From: an uncultured Desulfatibacillum sp.
Lineage (GTDB): Bacteria > Desulfobacterota > Desulfobacteria > Desulfobacterales > SpSt-501
Direction of reading: 5' to 3'
DNA length: 59,801 nt
Assembly: GCA_964570965.1 (NCBI GenBank)
Contig: CAZNAX010000004.1
Coordinates: 1-59,801, forward strand
The notes beneath the pieces are model-generated. The model ran no database searches, was not told the DNA's origin, and saw nothing but the letters and a program-made list of their open reading frames with translations. The position numbers and the translations under genes were made by a program. Position 1 is the first letter of the stretch; each line of letters begins with the position of its first letter. Of the stretch, positions 26,155 through 36,925 are shown in pieces.

Positions 26155-29100
26155 ATGTCGGGGTTTTTTATATTTACGAGCAACCGCATGGAGGCGTTGG
26201 TGGAACGCCTGGCGGAGGTGGTGCGAGCGCCCCTGTCCTCAGCCATGGCTCCCGAGGTCGTCATTGTCCAGAGCCGAGGCATGGAGCGCTGGTTGTCGAT
26301 GGAGCTGGCCCGCCTGAACGGCATCAGCGGAAATGTCCGGTTCCCATTCCCCAACGCTTTTCTGGAGACGGTGTTCCAAACCGTATCGGCCGTTGATCCG
26401 ACGGGGCCCTCAGCCTTCGACCCCGACGTCCTGGCTTTCCGCATCATGGGCTTCATCGGAGAGCATTCCGATCACCCCGATTTTGCGCCCTTGCGGCATT
26501 TTCTGGCGGGAGATTCGAAAGGGGGGAAGCGCTACCAGCTCGCGCGCAGGACCGCCGATCTCTTTGACCAGTACCTCGTTTTCCGCCCCGAGCTGATTGA
26601 TCGCTGGGAATCAGGGCAAATTCTAAATTCGACCCATCACCGCTGGCAGGCATTGATCTGGCGCGAGCTGGTGCGGCTCACACCGGGGGTGCACCGGATC
26701 TGTCGGCGTCGCCTGCTGGCCGAGGCCATTCGTAGAGGCGTCCACGGGTTGGCTGCGCTACCCCTACGGGTGTCGTTGTTCGGCGTCTCGTACCTTCCCC
26801 GATTTCACCTGGACATCTTCGCAGAGCTCTCCGGGGTCATCGATGTGCACGTGTTCTGCATGAACCCCTGCCGCGAATACTGGGCCGATATCGTCTCCGA
26901 ACGCGCCGTCCAAAAAGCTCAGCGGCGGATAGGAGAGAGCGAAAGCGTTGAGAGCCGCCTGCACCTGGAGCTCGGCAACCGGCTGCTGGCCTCGCTGGGG
27001 ACCCTCGGGCGGAATTTCTTAGACATCCTCACCGATTTTTCCGGCCAGCAGACCGACGTGTTTGTCGAGCCTGGCGGACAATCCCTTCTGGGCCGGATCC
27101 AGTCCGATATCCTGAACCTAAGAGACCCTCACCCGGACCCGGCGCCCTGCGCCGACGAATCCATACGGATTCACGCCTGCCACAGCCCCATGCGCGAGGT
27201 CGAAGTTCTGCAGGATCAACTGCTGGCGATGTTCGAGGCGGATCCGCAGCTGCAGCCCGACGACATCGTCGTCATGACCCCGGATATCGACGCCTACGCC
27301 CCCTTCATTTCAGCGGTGTTCGGCGCCCCGGCCAACCTCCGGCAGCACATCCCATTCGCCATCGCCGACCGCCGCCCCGACCGGGAAAGCGGCTGCCTTC
27401 GGGCCTTTTTCTTGCTGTTCGATCTCCTGGACAGTCGGTTCGGCGCCAGCGACGTGCTGCGCCTGCTGGAGGCCCCGGCGGTATTGAAGCGCTTCGGCCT
27501 GGAAAACGCCCATCGGCACCGTGTGGAGCAGTGGATCCGGGCGGCGCGCATCTGCTGGGGCGAGGACGAAGCCACCCAAATCGCACTGGGTCTTCCGGCG
27601 CATCCGCACAATACCTGGAGGGCCGGAATCGAACGTCTGCTTCTAGGCTATGCGCTGCCGTCCCGCGAAACCGAGGTGTTCCACGGAATTCGTGGCCATG
27701 ACGCCATCGAGGGCAGCGACGCACGCGTGATCGGCCCGTTCCTGGATTTCCTGGAGCAGGTGTTTGCCTTTTCCGGCCGGTTGCGCCGGGCCCGAGGGCT
27801 GGAGGAATGGCGCAGCGACATCCGTGATATGCTATCCGCCTTTTTTCCGGATGACGACGAAACTCAACCCGACCTGCAGCGCATCCGCCGGATGCTGGAT
27901 GAGATGGCCGACACCGCCGCAGCGGCCGGATTTACTACGGAAGTCTCTGCGGAAGTCGTGCGCGGGTTCCTGTCCGAGCGGCTCGAAGGGGAAGGCGCCG
28001 GCCGGGGGTTCATGGCGGGCGGGGTGACCTTTTGCGCCATGCTGCCAATGCGCTCCATCCCGTTCAAGGCGGTCTGCCTCATTGGAATGAACCATGATGC
28101 TTACCCCCGCGAAAGCCGGCTGCTGACCTTTGACCTGATCGGCCAGGCGCCGCGCCCGGGTGATCGTTCGCGGCGGGACGACGACAAATACCTCTTTCTC
28201 GAGTCGCTGCTGTCCGCTCGCCGCTGGTTCTACATCAGCTACGTGGGGCAGAGCATCCAGGACAACAGCCCCGTGCCGCCCTCCGTCGTCGTCAGCGAGC
28301 TTATCGATGTGCTCCAGTCGGGCTACGGTCTGGCCGCGGATGCTGCCGGCCGGGGCCTGGTCACCCGTCACCGGCTGCAGGCGTTTTCCAGCGACTATTT
28401 TCGGGAGGGGGCGGGCCTCTTCAGCTACTCCGCTGAGGACATGCAGGCGTGTGCCGCGGCGGCGGATGCCGCCGCACCCCAGCCGTTTGTGACCGGGCCG
28501 ATCCCATTGACGAACGAGGATGCGTCGTCCTGGAGCCGGTTGGACCTCGGACAGCTGGCAGTTTTCTTCGGGAACCCGGCCAGATTCCTCGTCCGGAACC
28601 GGTTGGCTGTGCGCCTCGATCCGCCGGAGGCGTCGGCGAAGGACAGCGAACCTTTTTCCCTGGAGGGGATCGAGCGGTTCGACATGGGCTGCCGCATGCT
28701 CGATCAGCGGCTGAGGGGCCTCCAACGCCGGGACGTTTTCCCGGCGCTGCGCGCCGACGGCCGACTGCCCCACGGGGCGATGGGCGAGGTGGAATTCAAC
28801 CGCCTATGGGCCGAGGTAGAAGGATTCGCCCGTCGTCTCGAGCCGCTGCGTCAGGCAGGCTCTCCGAAAATGATCGATACGCGGTGGGACATCGCCGGGT
28901 TCAGCCTGGCGGCGCGGGTTAACGGGGTGACGGACACCGGCTGCCTGCGCTACCGCTTCGGCAAGCTCCGCGCCAAGGACTATCTGGAACTTTGGCTGCA
29001 GCATCTGGCCCTCTGCCTGGCCGCCCCCGGGCAGGGCGAATGCGAAAGCGTTTACGTTTGCACCGACCGCACCCTGAGGCTGAGGCGGGTCCCGGACAGC

Positions 29101-29403
29101 CGGTCCATTTTGGAAGAGCTTCTGGGCATCTATCGGCAGGGCCTTGAGCGACCGCTGTGCTTTTTCCCGAAGTCATCGCTGGAGTATGCCCGCGTGCTGC
29201 GCACAACATCCTCCTCCCGCCGGGCGCTAGGATCTGCCCGCAGCATCTGGGACGGCAACGGGATCCAGGAGGGAGAAGGTGCGGACCCTTACTACCGGCG
29301 CTGTTTTGAAACCGACGATCCCCTGGGCGCGGAATTCGAGGAACTGAGCCGACGAGTATTTGATCCCCTTTTAGCGTTTGCCAAGAGCGAGAGACTGGCG
29401 TGA
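26155..29403 (+). CDS. recC: Exodeoxyribonuclease V gamma subunit
   Basis: SNRME.L, VQSRGMERWL, NPCREYW.DI, CHSPMREVEVL, VMTPDI, AMLPMRSIPF, RRDDDKYLFLE. Confidence 0.96.
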   Translation: MSGFFIFTSNRMEALVERLAEVVRAPLSSAMAPEVVIVQSRGMERWLSMELARLNGISGNVRFPFPNAFLETVFQTVSAVDPTGPSAFDPDVLAFRIMGFIGEHSDHPDFAPLRHFLAGDSKGGKRYQLARRTADLFDQYLVFRPELIDRWESGQILNSTHHRWQALIWRELVRLTPGVHRICRRRLLAEAIRRGVHGLAALPLRVSLFGVSYLPRFHLDIFAELSGVIDVHVFCMNPCREYWADIVSERAVQKAQRRIGESESVESRLHLELGNRLLASLGTLGRNFLDILTDFSGQQTDVFVEPGGQSLLGRIQSDILNLRDPHPDPAPCADESIRIHACHSPMREVEVLQDQLLAMFEADPQLQPDDIVVMTPDIDAYAPFISAVFGAPANLRQHIPFAIADRRPDRESGCLRAFFLLFDLLDSRFGASDVLRLLEAPAVLKRFGLENAHRHRVEQWIRAARICWGEDEATQIALGLPAHPHNTWRAGIERLLLGYALPSRETEVFHGIRGHDAIEGSDARVIGPFLDFLEQVFAFSGRLRRARGLEEWRSDIRDMLSAFFPDDDETQPDLQRIRRMLDEMADTAAAAGFTTEVSAEVVRGFLSERLEGEGAGRGFMAGGVTFCAMLPMRSIPFKAVCLIGMNHDAYPRESRLLTFDLIGQAPRPGDRSRRDDDKYLFLESLLSARRWFYISYVGQSIQDNSPVPPSVVVSELIDVLQSGYGLAADAAGRGLVTRHRLQAFSSDYFREGAGLFSYSAEDMQACAAAADAAAPQPFVTGPIPLTNEDASSWSRLDLGQLAVFFGNPARFLVRNRLAVRLDPPEASAKDSEPFSLEGIERFDMGCRMLDQRLRGLQRRDVFPALRADGRLPHGAMGEVEFNRLWAEVEGFARRLEPLRQAGSPKMIDTRWDIAGFSLAARVNGVTDTGCLRYRFGKLRAKDYLELWLQHLALCLAAPGQGECESVYVCTDRTLRLRRVPDSRSILEELLGIYRQGLERPLCFFPKSSLEYARVLRTTSSSRRALGSARSIWDGNGIQEGEGADPYYRRCFETDDPLGAEFEELSRRVFDPLLAFAKSERLA

Positions 29404-30557
29404 TGGAAAGCGGTTCGATCATAGGCATTCTGCGAAGCGTGCCGGAAACGGCCGCCCTGAAACCCGGAGACCGGCTGAACGTTAAGGTTTTGGAGGTCTT
29501 TGAAAACCAGCGCGCACTGGTGGACCTGGGTCGCTTCCGGGCGCTGGCCGATATCGCCTTCCCCGTGGCAGCAGGCGATGAGTTGCGGGTGCGGGTCCAG
29601 CAGACGGAGGGCCAGCTGCGGCTCCAGCTGCTGCCGGCTTCCGGTCCAGCTGCGCCCGAAGCCGCTGGCGCCGGCGGACCGGCGCGGGCGGCTTCGGCGG
29701 CAGCGCTCCAAACGGTTCATGTGCACATCGAGCAGCTGTCCGGTGCGATGCAGCGGCTGCCGAATGCGCCGCAGCTGCCGGCCGAATTCCGGCAAATGGT
29801 GGAAGCCTTGGGGATTTTTTTGAAGCCGCTCGATGCGGGTTCGCGCCCCGAGGCGCTGGCCCGCAAGCTCGGGGAATTCTGCGAGGATTCCGGGCTGTTC
29901 CTGGAACATCGGCTGGCAGGTGCCGTCAAGCGGACAGACGGCGAAGCCGGAGGGAAGTCGGCGCCGGAGTGTGGATCGGCGGGGGGATCGGAACGAATTC
30001 TGGCAACCGACCTCAAGTCCCGACTGCTTTTTCTTAAAGCCTTTTTTCAAAGCGAAGTCGGCCGGCAACTGATCCGTGACAGCCGGGAAGCGGCCGGCCT
30101 GGCTGGAGCGGCCGGTGAGCTGCTGGCCGATATCCGCGCCGGCCAGGAGCAGTTGACTCAGCCGGCCGGCGCGTCACACCCTTTCCAGATGGTGCATTTT
30201 GACCTGCCCATGGCGGGCGAACGTTGCCAGGCGGAATTGAAAATCGCCTATGCCCGGCGGGCGGGCGGCCGCAGGGATGAGGGGTATCGTGCAGCGATCC
30301 TGCTTGAACTCGATCAAATGGGAGCGGTCCGCGCCGATCTCATCCTGCAGGGCCATCGTCTTAACGTGTCCGTCTTTGTTTCCAACGCCCGGATGCGGGA
30401 TCTGGTCAACCGGCACGCGCCCGAGGTGCAACACGCACTGGCACCGTTTTTTGAACACGTAACCTTTCAAGTGTCGGTTTCGTCCCGGAAAATTGCCGGA
30501 TTTTTGAGCGAGGATTGGCGGTCCGCGGGTGAAACCCAAGTGGATGTGCGCGTATGA
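29400..30557 (+). CDS. FliK-like (flagellar hook-length control C-terminal domain) protein
   Basis: C-terminal LELDQMGAVRADL..LNVSVFV..LV..H..EV..AL; N-terminal small beta barrel; followed by FlhB_C gene; GTGA overlap with recC. Confidence 0.7.
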   Translation: MMESGSIIGILRSVPETAALKPGDRLNVKVLEVFENQRALVDLGRFRALADIAFPVAAGDELRVRVQQTEGQLRLQLLPASGPAAPEAAGAGGPARAASAAALQTVHVHIEQLSGAMQRLPNAPQLPAEFRQMVEALGIFLKPLDAGSRPEALARKLGEFCEDSGLFLEHRLAGAVKRTDGEAGGKSAPECGSAGGSERILATDLKSRLLFLKAFFQSEVGRQLIRDSREAAGLAGAAGELLADIRAGQEQLTQPAGASHPFQMVHFDLPMAGERCQAELKIAYARRAGGRRDEGYRAAILLELDQMGAVRADLILQGHRLNVSVFVSNARMRDLVNRHAPEVQHALAPFFEHVTFQVSVSSRKIAGFLSEDWRSAGETQVDVRV

Positions 30558-30829
30558 AACCGGAAAAGCCGATCCGAGCCGTAGCCCTGCGGTACGATCG
30601 CACCCAAAACGGAGCTCCCCGAGTGGTCGCCAAGGGCCGGGGGCAAGCGGCGGAAAACATCATCGCCCTCGCCCGGGAGCACGGGGTGCCGCTGCATGAA
30701 GATTCAAATCTGGCGGCCACGTTGAGCGCCCTTGATATCGAAACGGAGATCCCACCGGAGCTTTACCGGGCGGTGGCGGAAGTCCTGGCATTCATCTACC
30801 GATTGAACGGGAAGCACCCCCGGCCTTGA
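30554..30829 (+). CDS. Stand-alone FlhB C-terminal (EscU/YscU/HrcU, FlhX/YlqH-like) protein
   Basis: AVALRYD..GAPRVVAKG.G..AE.II.LA.EHGVP..ED, EIPPELYRAVAEVLAFIY. Confidence 0.92.
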   Translation: MKPEKPIRAVALRYDRTQNGAPRVVAKGRGQAAENIIALAREHGVPLHEDSNLAATLSALDIETEIPPELYRAVAEVLAFIYRLNGKHPRP

Positions 30830-33800
30830 CGCCCTTCGACCTCATTCGCACCCCCTTGAAGGGGGCCAGCCTCATCGAGGCGGCGGCCGGCACCGGCAAG
30901 ACGTTCACCATCGAGGGACTTTACGTCCGGCTGGTGCTCGAAAAGCAGCTGCCTGTCGAGCAGATCCTCGTGGTGACGTTCACCCGCGCGGCCACCGCCG
31001 AGCTGCGGGATAGGATCTACAAGCGCCTGGCCAAAGCGCGTGACGCTTTTGCCGGAGCCCCCGTCGACGACGACGAGCTCCTGCGACAGCTGGCTGCCGG
31101 CCACGTCAACCCCGTCCAGGCGGGGCGCCTGCTGCGCCAGGCGCTGATGGATTTCGACCGCGCTGCCATTTACACGATCCACGGGTTTTGCCAGCGGGTG
31201 CTATACGAAAACGCGTTCGAGACCGCCAGCGCTTTCAATGCGGAACTGCTCCGGGACCAGACCCCGATCCTGGTCGAAGTGGTGGAGGATTTCTGGCGCC
31301 GGTGGGTTTGCGGCCAAGCGCCGGAGTTCCTGCAATGGGCCCAAGGCACCCTGGGTGACCCGGGCTGCCTGCTGGAACTGGCCTGGAAATCGACCGCGGC
31401 TGAATTCGCGGTGACCCCCCGGCGTGATGAGCCTTGCCTGCGGGCCGCAACGCTTGATGCCTTTCGACAGCGGCGGCAAGAACTCGCGGCATGTTGGCGC
31501 GCCGGCCGCGACGATATCCGCCGCATTCTCATGAATGCGCCGCTGAACGGCGTTCGGTTCGGCAGCCTGACGCCCGGGGAAGGCGGCGGGCCGTCGGGGC
31601 GGGAGCGGGTCGTCCGGGGATTGGTCGATGCCATGGATGCTACCTGCGCGCACGAATCCTCCGATTTCCCGCCGGTGGCCGCGGTCTTGAAGCTAAGCTC
31701 GTCCCATCTTGCCCGCGCGACGCTCCGCCGCCGGCAGGCTCCGTCCCACTCGGTCTTCGACGCCTGCGAGGCGCTTCATCGGGCCGCACAGGCGCTGGCT
31801 CCGGAAATGACCGGGCAGCTGCACTATCTCAAATCGCGCTTGCTCGACGTTGTGCCAGCCGACTTGGAACGGCGCAAGTCCGAAAAGGGGTGGGTGTCCT
31901 TCGACGATCTGCTGCGGCGGCTGGCCCGGACGCTGGACACCGGCAGGGGCGAAGCGCTGGCCGATGCCGTGCGCCGGCGTTATCAGGCCGCACTGGTGGA
32001 CGAGTTCCAGGACACCGACGATCTCCAGTACGCTGTGTTCTCGCGGCTGTTTTCATCGCCGCACCACCTGCTCTTCATGATCGGCGACCCCAAGCAGGCC
32101 ATCTATGGATTTCGCGGGGCGGATATTTTTTCCTACCTACGCGCCGCCCAGGGAGCCGACGCGCGTTTCACCCTCATCCGCAACTGGCGGTCTTCACCCG
32201 GTCTGGTGCAGGCGGTCAACACGCTTTTTTCGCAATCGGCCGCGCCCTTTCTTTTTCCCGGGATCGACTTCGTCCCGGGCCAGGCCGCCCGGGACGAAGC
32301 GACAGCGATGGCGGCGGAGCCTGCGATGATCATCTGGCACTTAGATTCCCGACCGCACCGCGACGACGGCAAAGCCCTGACCAAGCCGCATGCGCAAGCG
32401 CTGATCGCCCGTGCCGTGACCCTGGAAATCCAGCGGCTGACCGCGTCCGGCCCCGCCGCCGTCCGGACCGGCGACATTGCCGTACTGGTGCGGACCAACA
32501 GCCAGGCCGCGTTGATGAAAGCGCATCTCTCTGCGGCCAGGGTCCCTTCGGTCATCTACAGCACGGCCAACGTGTTCGACTCGACCGATGCCCACGAACT
32601 GCTGGCCGTGCTATCCAGCATCGCCGAACCCCAGAGCGCGTCTAAACTGAAAACGGCGCTGGCCACTCATCTGCTGGGCCTTTCCGCCGGCGAAATCGCC
32701 GCCGGAGACCGGGCCGAGGATTCATGGGAGCCGCGCATCCGGAGGCATTGGGAGTATTTCCGCCTGTGGCACGAACGCGGGTTTCCATCCATGTTCCGGC
32801 AATTCCTGTCCGGTGAGGCGGTGAAGCGGCGCCTTCTCTGCCTGCCGGACGGCGAGCGCCGTCTGACCAACCTTCTGCACCTGGCCGAGATTGTCCACCG
32901 TGCCGCCGGTGAGGAAAACCTCGGTCTGGCCGGTCTGGTGACGTGGCTTGCCCGTCACGTCGATCCCCACGCGCAACGCTCCGAGGAAACCCAGCTGCGA
33001 CTGGAAAGCGATGAGCTCGCCGTCAAGATCGTCACCGTCCACCGCAGCAAGGGGCTGGAATATCCGGTGGTGTTTTGCCCGTTCGCCTGGTCCGGTTCCG
33101 CTTTGCGGGGCGGCGATGTCTTTTATCACGATCCCGCGAACGGTAATCGCCTGACGGCCGACATCAGCGGCGATATGGATTCGCCCCACCGGCTCCGCGC
33201 CCAAAACGAGATCCTGGCCGAAAATCTAAGAATGCTCTATGTTGCCGTGACCCGCGGGCGGGAGCGCTGCTATCTCGCCTGGGGCCGGATCAACTCCGCC
33301 GAAACATCGGCGCTGGCCTACCTGTTGCGCTCTGACGCCTCGGCGACGGACGCCGCCCTCGAAAGCGACTGGATCGGGCGGCTGAGGAAAGAATTCAATT
33401 CCATCGGAGACGATGAGGTTCGGAGCCGGCTGGACGATCTCGCCGCCGCCTCGGACGGCGCCATCGTGATCCGCCGGCTGCCGGAGCAGCCGCCATCGAA
33501 AAGCGCGGATGAAGCCCGGGTGTCCCTTCAGCTAGCCTGCCGCGAATTCCGCGGAACGATCGACCGCACTCGGTCCCTGACCAGCTATTCCGCTCTCGCG
33601 GCGGCAGGCCCCGCCGAAACACCGGACCGCGATGGCGGTTACCCGGCGGTGGCCGGCGGAGCCCCGGCGCAGGATTCCCGCCCCGCCGCCGCCGACGCCA
33701 ACGGTATGGCAGATTTCCCGACGGGCGCGCGGGCCGGTACGTTTTTTCACTCTATCTTCGAAACGATCGATTTCACCCGACCGGTTTGCCGGACGGTCGT

Positions 33801-34446
33801 TTCCCGAAAGCTCAGGGAGTTCGGATTCGAGCCGTCCTGGACGGAACCCGTCTGCCGCATGATCGCCGAAGTTCTTGAGGTGCCGCTGTTCGCCGGTGCA
33901 TCTGCGGTGCGCCTGGCCGAGGTGGGCCTCAGCCGGCGGGTCAGCGAGATGGAATTCTACTTCCCGCTGAACCTGGTGACTCCGGCGCTCCTGGAAGAGG
34001 TTTTCGCGCGCTACGGGACACCGCCGGCATTTGAGGAAACGCCGATGGCCGCCGGCATCGAGCCCCTGCACTTCGCGCCGACGCGCGGCTTTATGAAAGG
34101 CTTCATCGACCTGGTATTCGAACACGGCGGGCGGTACTACCTGGTTGACTGGAAATCGAATCGTTTGGGCGCAGCGCCGGAAGCATATCACCGCAACCAA
34201 CTGCGCGCCGTGATGTGCGAGCATCGCTACGACCTGCAGTATCACATCTACACCTTGGCGTTGCACCAGTACCTGCGATGGCGAGTTCGCGGCTACGAGT
34301 ATGCTCGAGACTTCGGCGGGGTATGCTATGTTTTTCTGCGCGGAGTCAGCTGCGATTACGGGCCGGATTACGGGCTTTTCTGCAACCGGCCCGAACCCCG
34401 GCTGGTCCACGCGTTGGGAGAGGCGCTGATACCGGACTATGTCTGA
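30826..34446 (+). CDS. recB: Exodeoxyribonuclease V beta subunit
   Basis: AAAGTGKT, VVTFTRAATAEL, VDEFQDTD, IGDPKQAIY.FRGAD, TVHRSKGLEY, GFIDL..LVDWKSN nuclease; TTG start. Confidence 0.97.
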   Translation: MTPFDLIRTPLKGASLIEAAAGTGKTFTIEGLYVRLVLEKQLPVEQILVVTFTRAATAELRDRIYKRLAKARDAFAGAPVDDDELLRQLAAGHVNPVQAGRLLRQALMDFDRAAIYTIHGFCQRVLYENAFETASAFNAELLRDQTPILVEVVEDFWRRWVCGQAPEFLQWAQGTLGDPGCLLELAWKSTAAEFAVTPRRDEPCLRAATLDAFRQRRQELAACWRAGRDDIRRILMNAPLNGVRFGSLTPGEGGGPSGRERVVRGLVDAMDATCAHESSDFPPVAAVLKLSSSHLARATLRRRQAPSHSVFDACEALHRAAQALAPEMTGQLHYLKSRLLDVVPADLERRKSEKGWVSFDDLLRRLARTLDTGRGEALADAVRRRYQAALVDEFQDTDDLQYAVFSRLFSSPHHLLFMIGDPKQAIYGFRGADIFSYLRAAQGADARFTLIRNWRSSPGLVQAVNTLFSQSAAPFLFPGIDFVPGQAARDEATAMAAEPAMIIWHLDSRPHRDDGKALTKPHAQALIARAVTLEIQRLTASGPAAVRTGDIAVLVRTNSQAALMKAHLSAARVPSVIYSTANVFDSTDAHELLAVLSSIAEPQSASKLKTALATHLLGLSAGEIAAGDRAEDSWEPRIRRHWEYFRLWHERGFPSMFRQFLSGEAVKRRLLCLPDGERRLTNLLHLAEIVHRAAGEENLGLAGLVTWLARHVDPHAQRSEETQLRLESDELAVKIVTVHRSKGLEYPVVFCPFAWSGSALRGGDVFYHDPANGNRLTADISGDMDSPHRLRAQNEILAENLRMLYVAVTRGRERCYLAWGRINSAETSALAYLLRSDASATDAALESDWIGRLRKEFNSIGDDEVRSRLDDLAAASDGAIVIRRLPEQPPSKSADEARVSLQLACREFRGTIDRTRSLTSYSALAAAGPAETPDRDGGYPAVAGGAPAQDSRPAAADANGMADFPTGARAGTFFHSIFETIDFTRPVCRTVVSRKLREFGFEPSWTEPVCRMIAEVLEVPLFAGASAVRLAEVGLSRRVSEMEFYFPLNLVTPALLEEVFARYGTPPAFEETPMAAGIEPLHFAPTRGFMKGFIDLVFEHGGRYYLVDWKSNRLGAAPEAYHRNQLRAVMCEHRYDLQYHIYTLALHQYLRWRVRGYEYARDFGGVCYVFLRGVSCDYGPDYGLFCNRPEPRLVHALGEALIPDYV

Positions 34447-36262
34447 TCGAATCGAGAACAAACTGTTTTCAGCCCTCGACCTGCACTTCGCCAGGTTCAT
34501 CAGCCGCTTCGGCGGAGCAGACACCGAGAGCCTGTACCCGGCAGCGGCGCTGGTCAGCCGCGCTACCGGCAACGGCGACGTCTGCCTGGATCTCCAAGCC
34601 TGGGCGGGAAAACCAGTCGATGGCCTACCGGGGGCGGCGGCGTGCCCGCCCGCGGACCGCTGGGCCTCCGCCCTGGGCACCTGCCCGGCGGTCGGGCGCC
34701 CGGGGGAGCGCCGGCCGCTGGTGCTGGACGAGGGCAACCGCCTCTACCTTTACCGCTACTGGGAATACGAAAACCGCCTGGCCGCCCGCATTCTAGAGCG
34801 CGCCGGCTGCCCGCCGGAGCACCTCGACCCCGCGTGCCTGCAGGCTGCCATCCGGTGTAATTTCGCCGACGGCGGACCGGAGACCGACTGGCAGGTGGTG
34901 GCCGTTGCCGTGGCTCTGCTCAAGCGCTTTGCCGTGATCACCGGCGGGCCGGGAACCGGCAAGACCACGACGGTCGCCAAGATCATCTCCGTGTGGGAGG
35001 ATATACACCAGGGGCGGTCGACCCGCGTGCTGCTGGCCGCGCCCACCGGCAAAGCCGCGGCCAGACTCAAGGAATCCCTGCGGCAGCGTCCGGCGCGGCC
35101 GGTGCGGACAGACGGCTGCGGTCCACTGCCGCCGCACGAGGTTTACACTCTGCATCGCCTTCTCAGGCCCGTGCCCGGCACCCCCCTGTTCCGCCACAAC
35201 GCCGAGAACCCTCTGCCGGTCGACCTGATGATCGTCGACGAAGTCTCCATGGTCGATCTGGCCCTTATGGCCAAGCTGGTGGACGCGCTGCCCGGATCGG
35301 CCCGACTGGTGCTGATCGGTGACAGAGACCAGCTCGCATCGGTGGAGGCCGGTTCGGTGTTGGGAGACATCTGCGGCCGGACGCACCGCCCGGGGTTCTC
35401 ACCTGAGTTCGGGGATTTGATTCGGCGCGTGACCGGTCAGGTCGTCCCCATCCAATCGGACCGCCGTCCGCTGCAGGATAGCATCGTAGAGCTGCAGACC
35501 AGCCATCGGTTTTCCGCCGACAGCGCCATCGGGGCCCTCAGCCGGGCTGTGAACCAGGGCGATGCGCCTGGCACGCTGGCCATTCTGGCGCGGACCGCAG
35601 ACGGAGCCCTCACCTGGCAGGAGCCGCAGCCCGGGCGCAACGGCATGGCCGAGTTGGAACAGCACCTGACGGCAGGCTACGCGGCGTACCGGGCACAGGG
35701 GGACCCCCACCGAATCCTGCAGGAACTCGGCCGGTTCAAGGTGCTCTGCGCCCACCGGGCCGGTTTCAACGGCGTGGAGGCGGTCAACCGGCTGGTGGAG
35801 CGGGTTCTGATGCGTCAGGGGAAAATCCGGATCAACCCGCGCCGCAGCAGCCCCTGGTATTCCGGCCGTCCGATCCTGGTCACCCAGAACGACTACAGTC
35901 TGGGGCTTTTCAACGGAGACATCGGAGTCACCCTGAGCGATTCGGCCGAGATCCCTGAACGTCTGGCCGTCTTTTTCGCGGATGCGGCCGGAGGCCTGCG
36001 CCGCTTCCTGCCGTACCGCCTGCCCGAACACGAAACGGTTTACGCCATGACGGTGCACAAAAGCCAGGGGTCTGAATTCGAAGACGTGCTGCTGATCCTG
36101 CCGGCCGAGGACTCTCCGGTGCTTTCCCGTGAACTATTATACACCGCCCTGACCCGGGCGCGGAAGCGTTTTACACTCTTCGGTCGGCGTGAGGTTCTCA
36201 CGACCGCCATTCACCGCCGCATCGAGCGCACCTCAGGTCTGCGCGAAGCGCTCTGGGGGTAG
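34439..36262 (+). CDS. recD: Exodeoxyribonuclease V alpha subunit
   Basis: GGPGTGKTT, LAAPTGKAAARL, VDEVSMVD, GDRDQLASV, NGDIG, MTVHKSQGSEF. Confidence 0.97.
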   Translation: MSDRIENKLFSALDLHFARFISRFGGADTESLYPAAALVSRATGNGDVCLDLQAWAGKPVDGLPGAAACPPADRWASALGTCPAVGRPGERRPLVLDEGNRLYLYRYWEYENRLAARILERAGCPPEHLDPACLQAAIRCNFADGGPETDWQVVAVAVALLKRFAVITGGPGTGKTTTVAKIISVWEDIHQGRSTRVLLAAPTGKAAARLKESLRQRPARPVRTDGCGPLPPHEVYTLHRLLRPVPGTPLFRHNAENPLPVDLMIVDEVSMVDLALMAKLVDALPGSARLVLIGDRDQLASVEAGSVLGDICGRTHRPGFSPEFGDLIRRVTGQVVPIQSDRRPLQDSIVELQTSHRFSADSAIGALSRAVNQGDAPGTLAILARTADGALTWQEPQPGRNGMAELEQHLTAGYAAYRAQGDPHRILQELGRFKVLCAHRAGFNGVEAVNRLVERVLMRQGKIRINPRRSSPWYSGRPILVTQNDYSLGLFNGDIGVTLSDSAEIPERLAVFFADAAGGLRRFLPYRLPEHETVYAMTVHKSQGSEFEDVLLILPAEDSPVLSRELLYTALTRARKRFTLFGRREVLTTAIHRRIERTSGLREALWG

Positions 36263-36409
36263 CTGCGGCCGGCGACCCTCGATCGGCGCTTCCAAGACGA
36301 AAAACTTCGCTGCTCCAAGAGCGGCTTGCGGCGGCCATATTTACCCGCTGCGCCGGGTGTGCTATTTTTGAACCAGCGATGGGCCATCGATGCATACAAG
36401 GAAACCAGA

Positions 36410-36925
36410 ATGATGAACGCTGGCATTAGAACAGGCATCGGGTTTGATTTCCACCGGCTGGTTGCGGGCCGCTCGCTCGTTCTGGGCGGAGTCCCGATTC
36501 CCTATGAAAAGGGACTCTTGGGTCATTCCGATGCGGATGTGTTGGTCCATGCCATTTGCGACGCCCTGCTCGGGGCCGGTGGTCTGGACGACATCGGCAT
36601 TCACTTCCCGGACAGCGATCCTGCCTACCAGGGGATTTCCAGCCTGGAGCTTCTAAGAAGGACCTGCACGCTCATCGCCGCCGACGGATTCCGGATCGTC
36701 AACGTAGATGCCGTCGTGCTGGCCGAAGCGCCCCAGATCATGCCGTTTCGCCGCGAGATATCGAGCCGGATTCTTCAGGCCATGCAGATCGCTGCCCCGC
36801 AGGCTTTCAATCTCAAGGCCACAACCACCGAAGGCTGCGGAATGATCGGGCGCGGAGAGGGAATCGGCGCCATGGCCACCGCGTTGATCGAACGCCGGCG
36901 GGCGGATCGGCACGGGGGGGCATGA
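36410..36925 (+). CDS. ispF: 2-C-methyl-D-erythritol 2,4-cyclodiphosphate synthase
   Basis: GIGFDFH, GHSDADV..HA..DALLGA, DIG.HFP, KATTTEG. Confidence 0.96.
   Translation: MMNAGIRTGIGFDFHRLVAGRSLVLGGVPIPYEKGLLGHSDADVLVHAICDALLGAGGLDDIGIHFPDSDPAYQGISSLELLRRTCTLIAADGFRIVNVDAVVLAEAPQIMPFRREISSRILQAMQIAAPQAFNLKATTTEGCGMIGRGEGIGAMATALIERRRADRHGGA

Noticed and set aside
30554-30829. Calling this gene flhB
   Set aside because: Only 91 aa, no TM domain and no NPTH autocleavage site; it is the stand-alone FlhB_C type
36914-36920. G7 tract at the ispF/uvrB junction (also C8 at 58746-58753)
   Set aside because: Short for phase variation, common in GC-rich DNA, and both frames are intact
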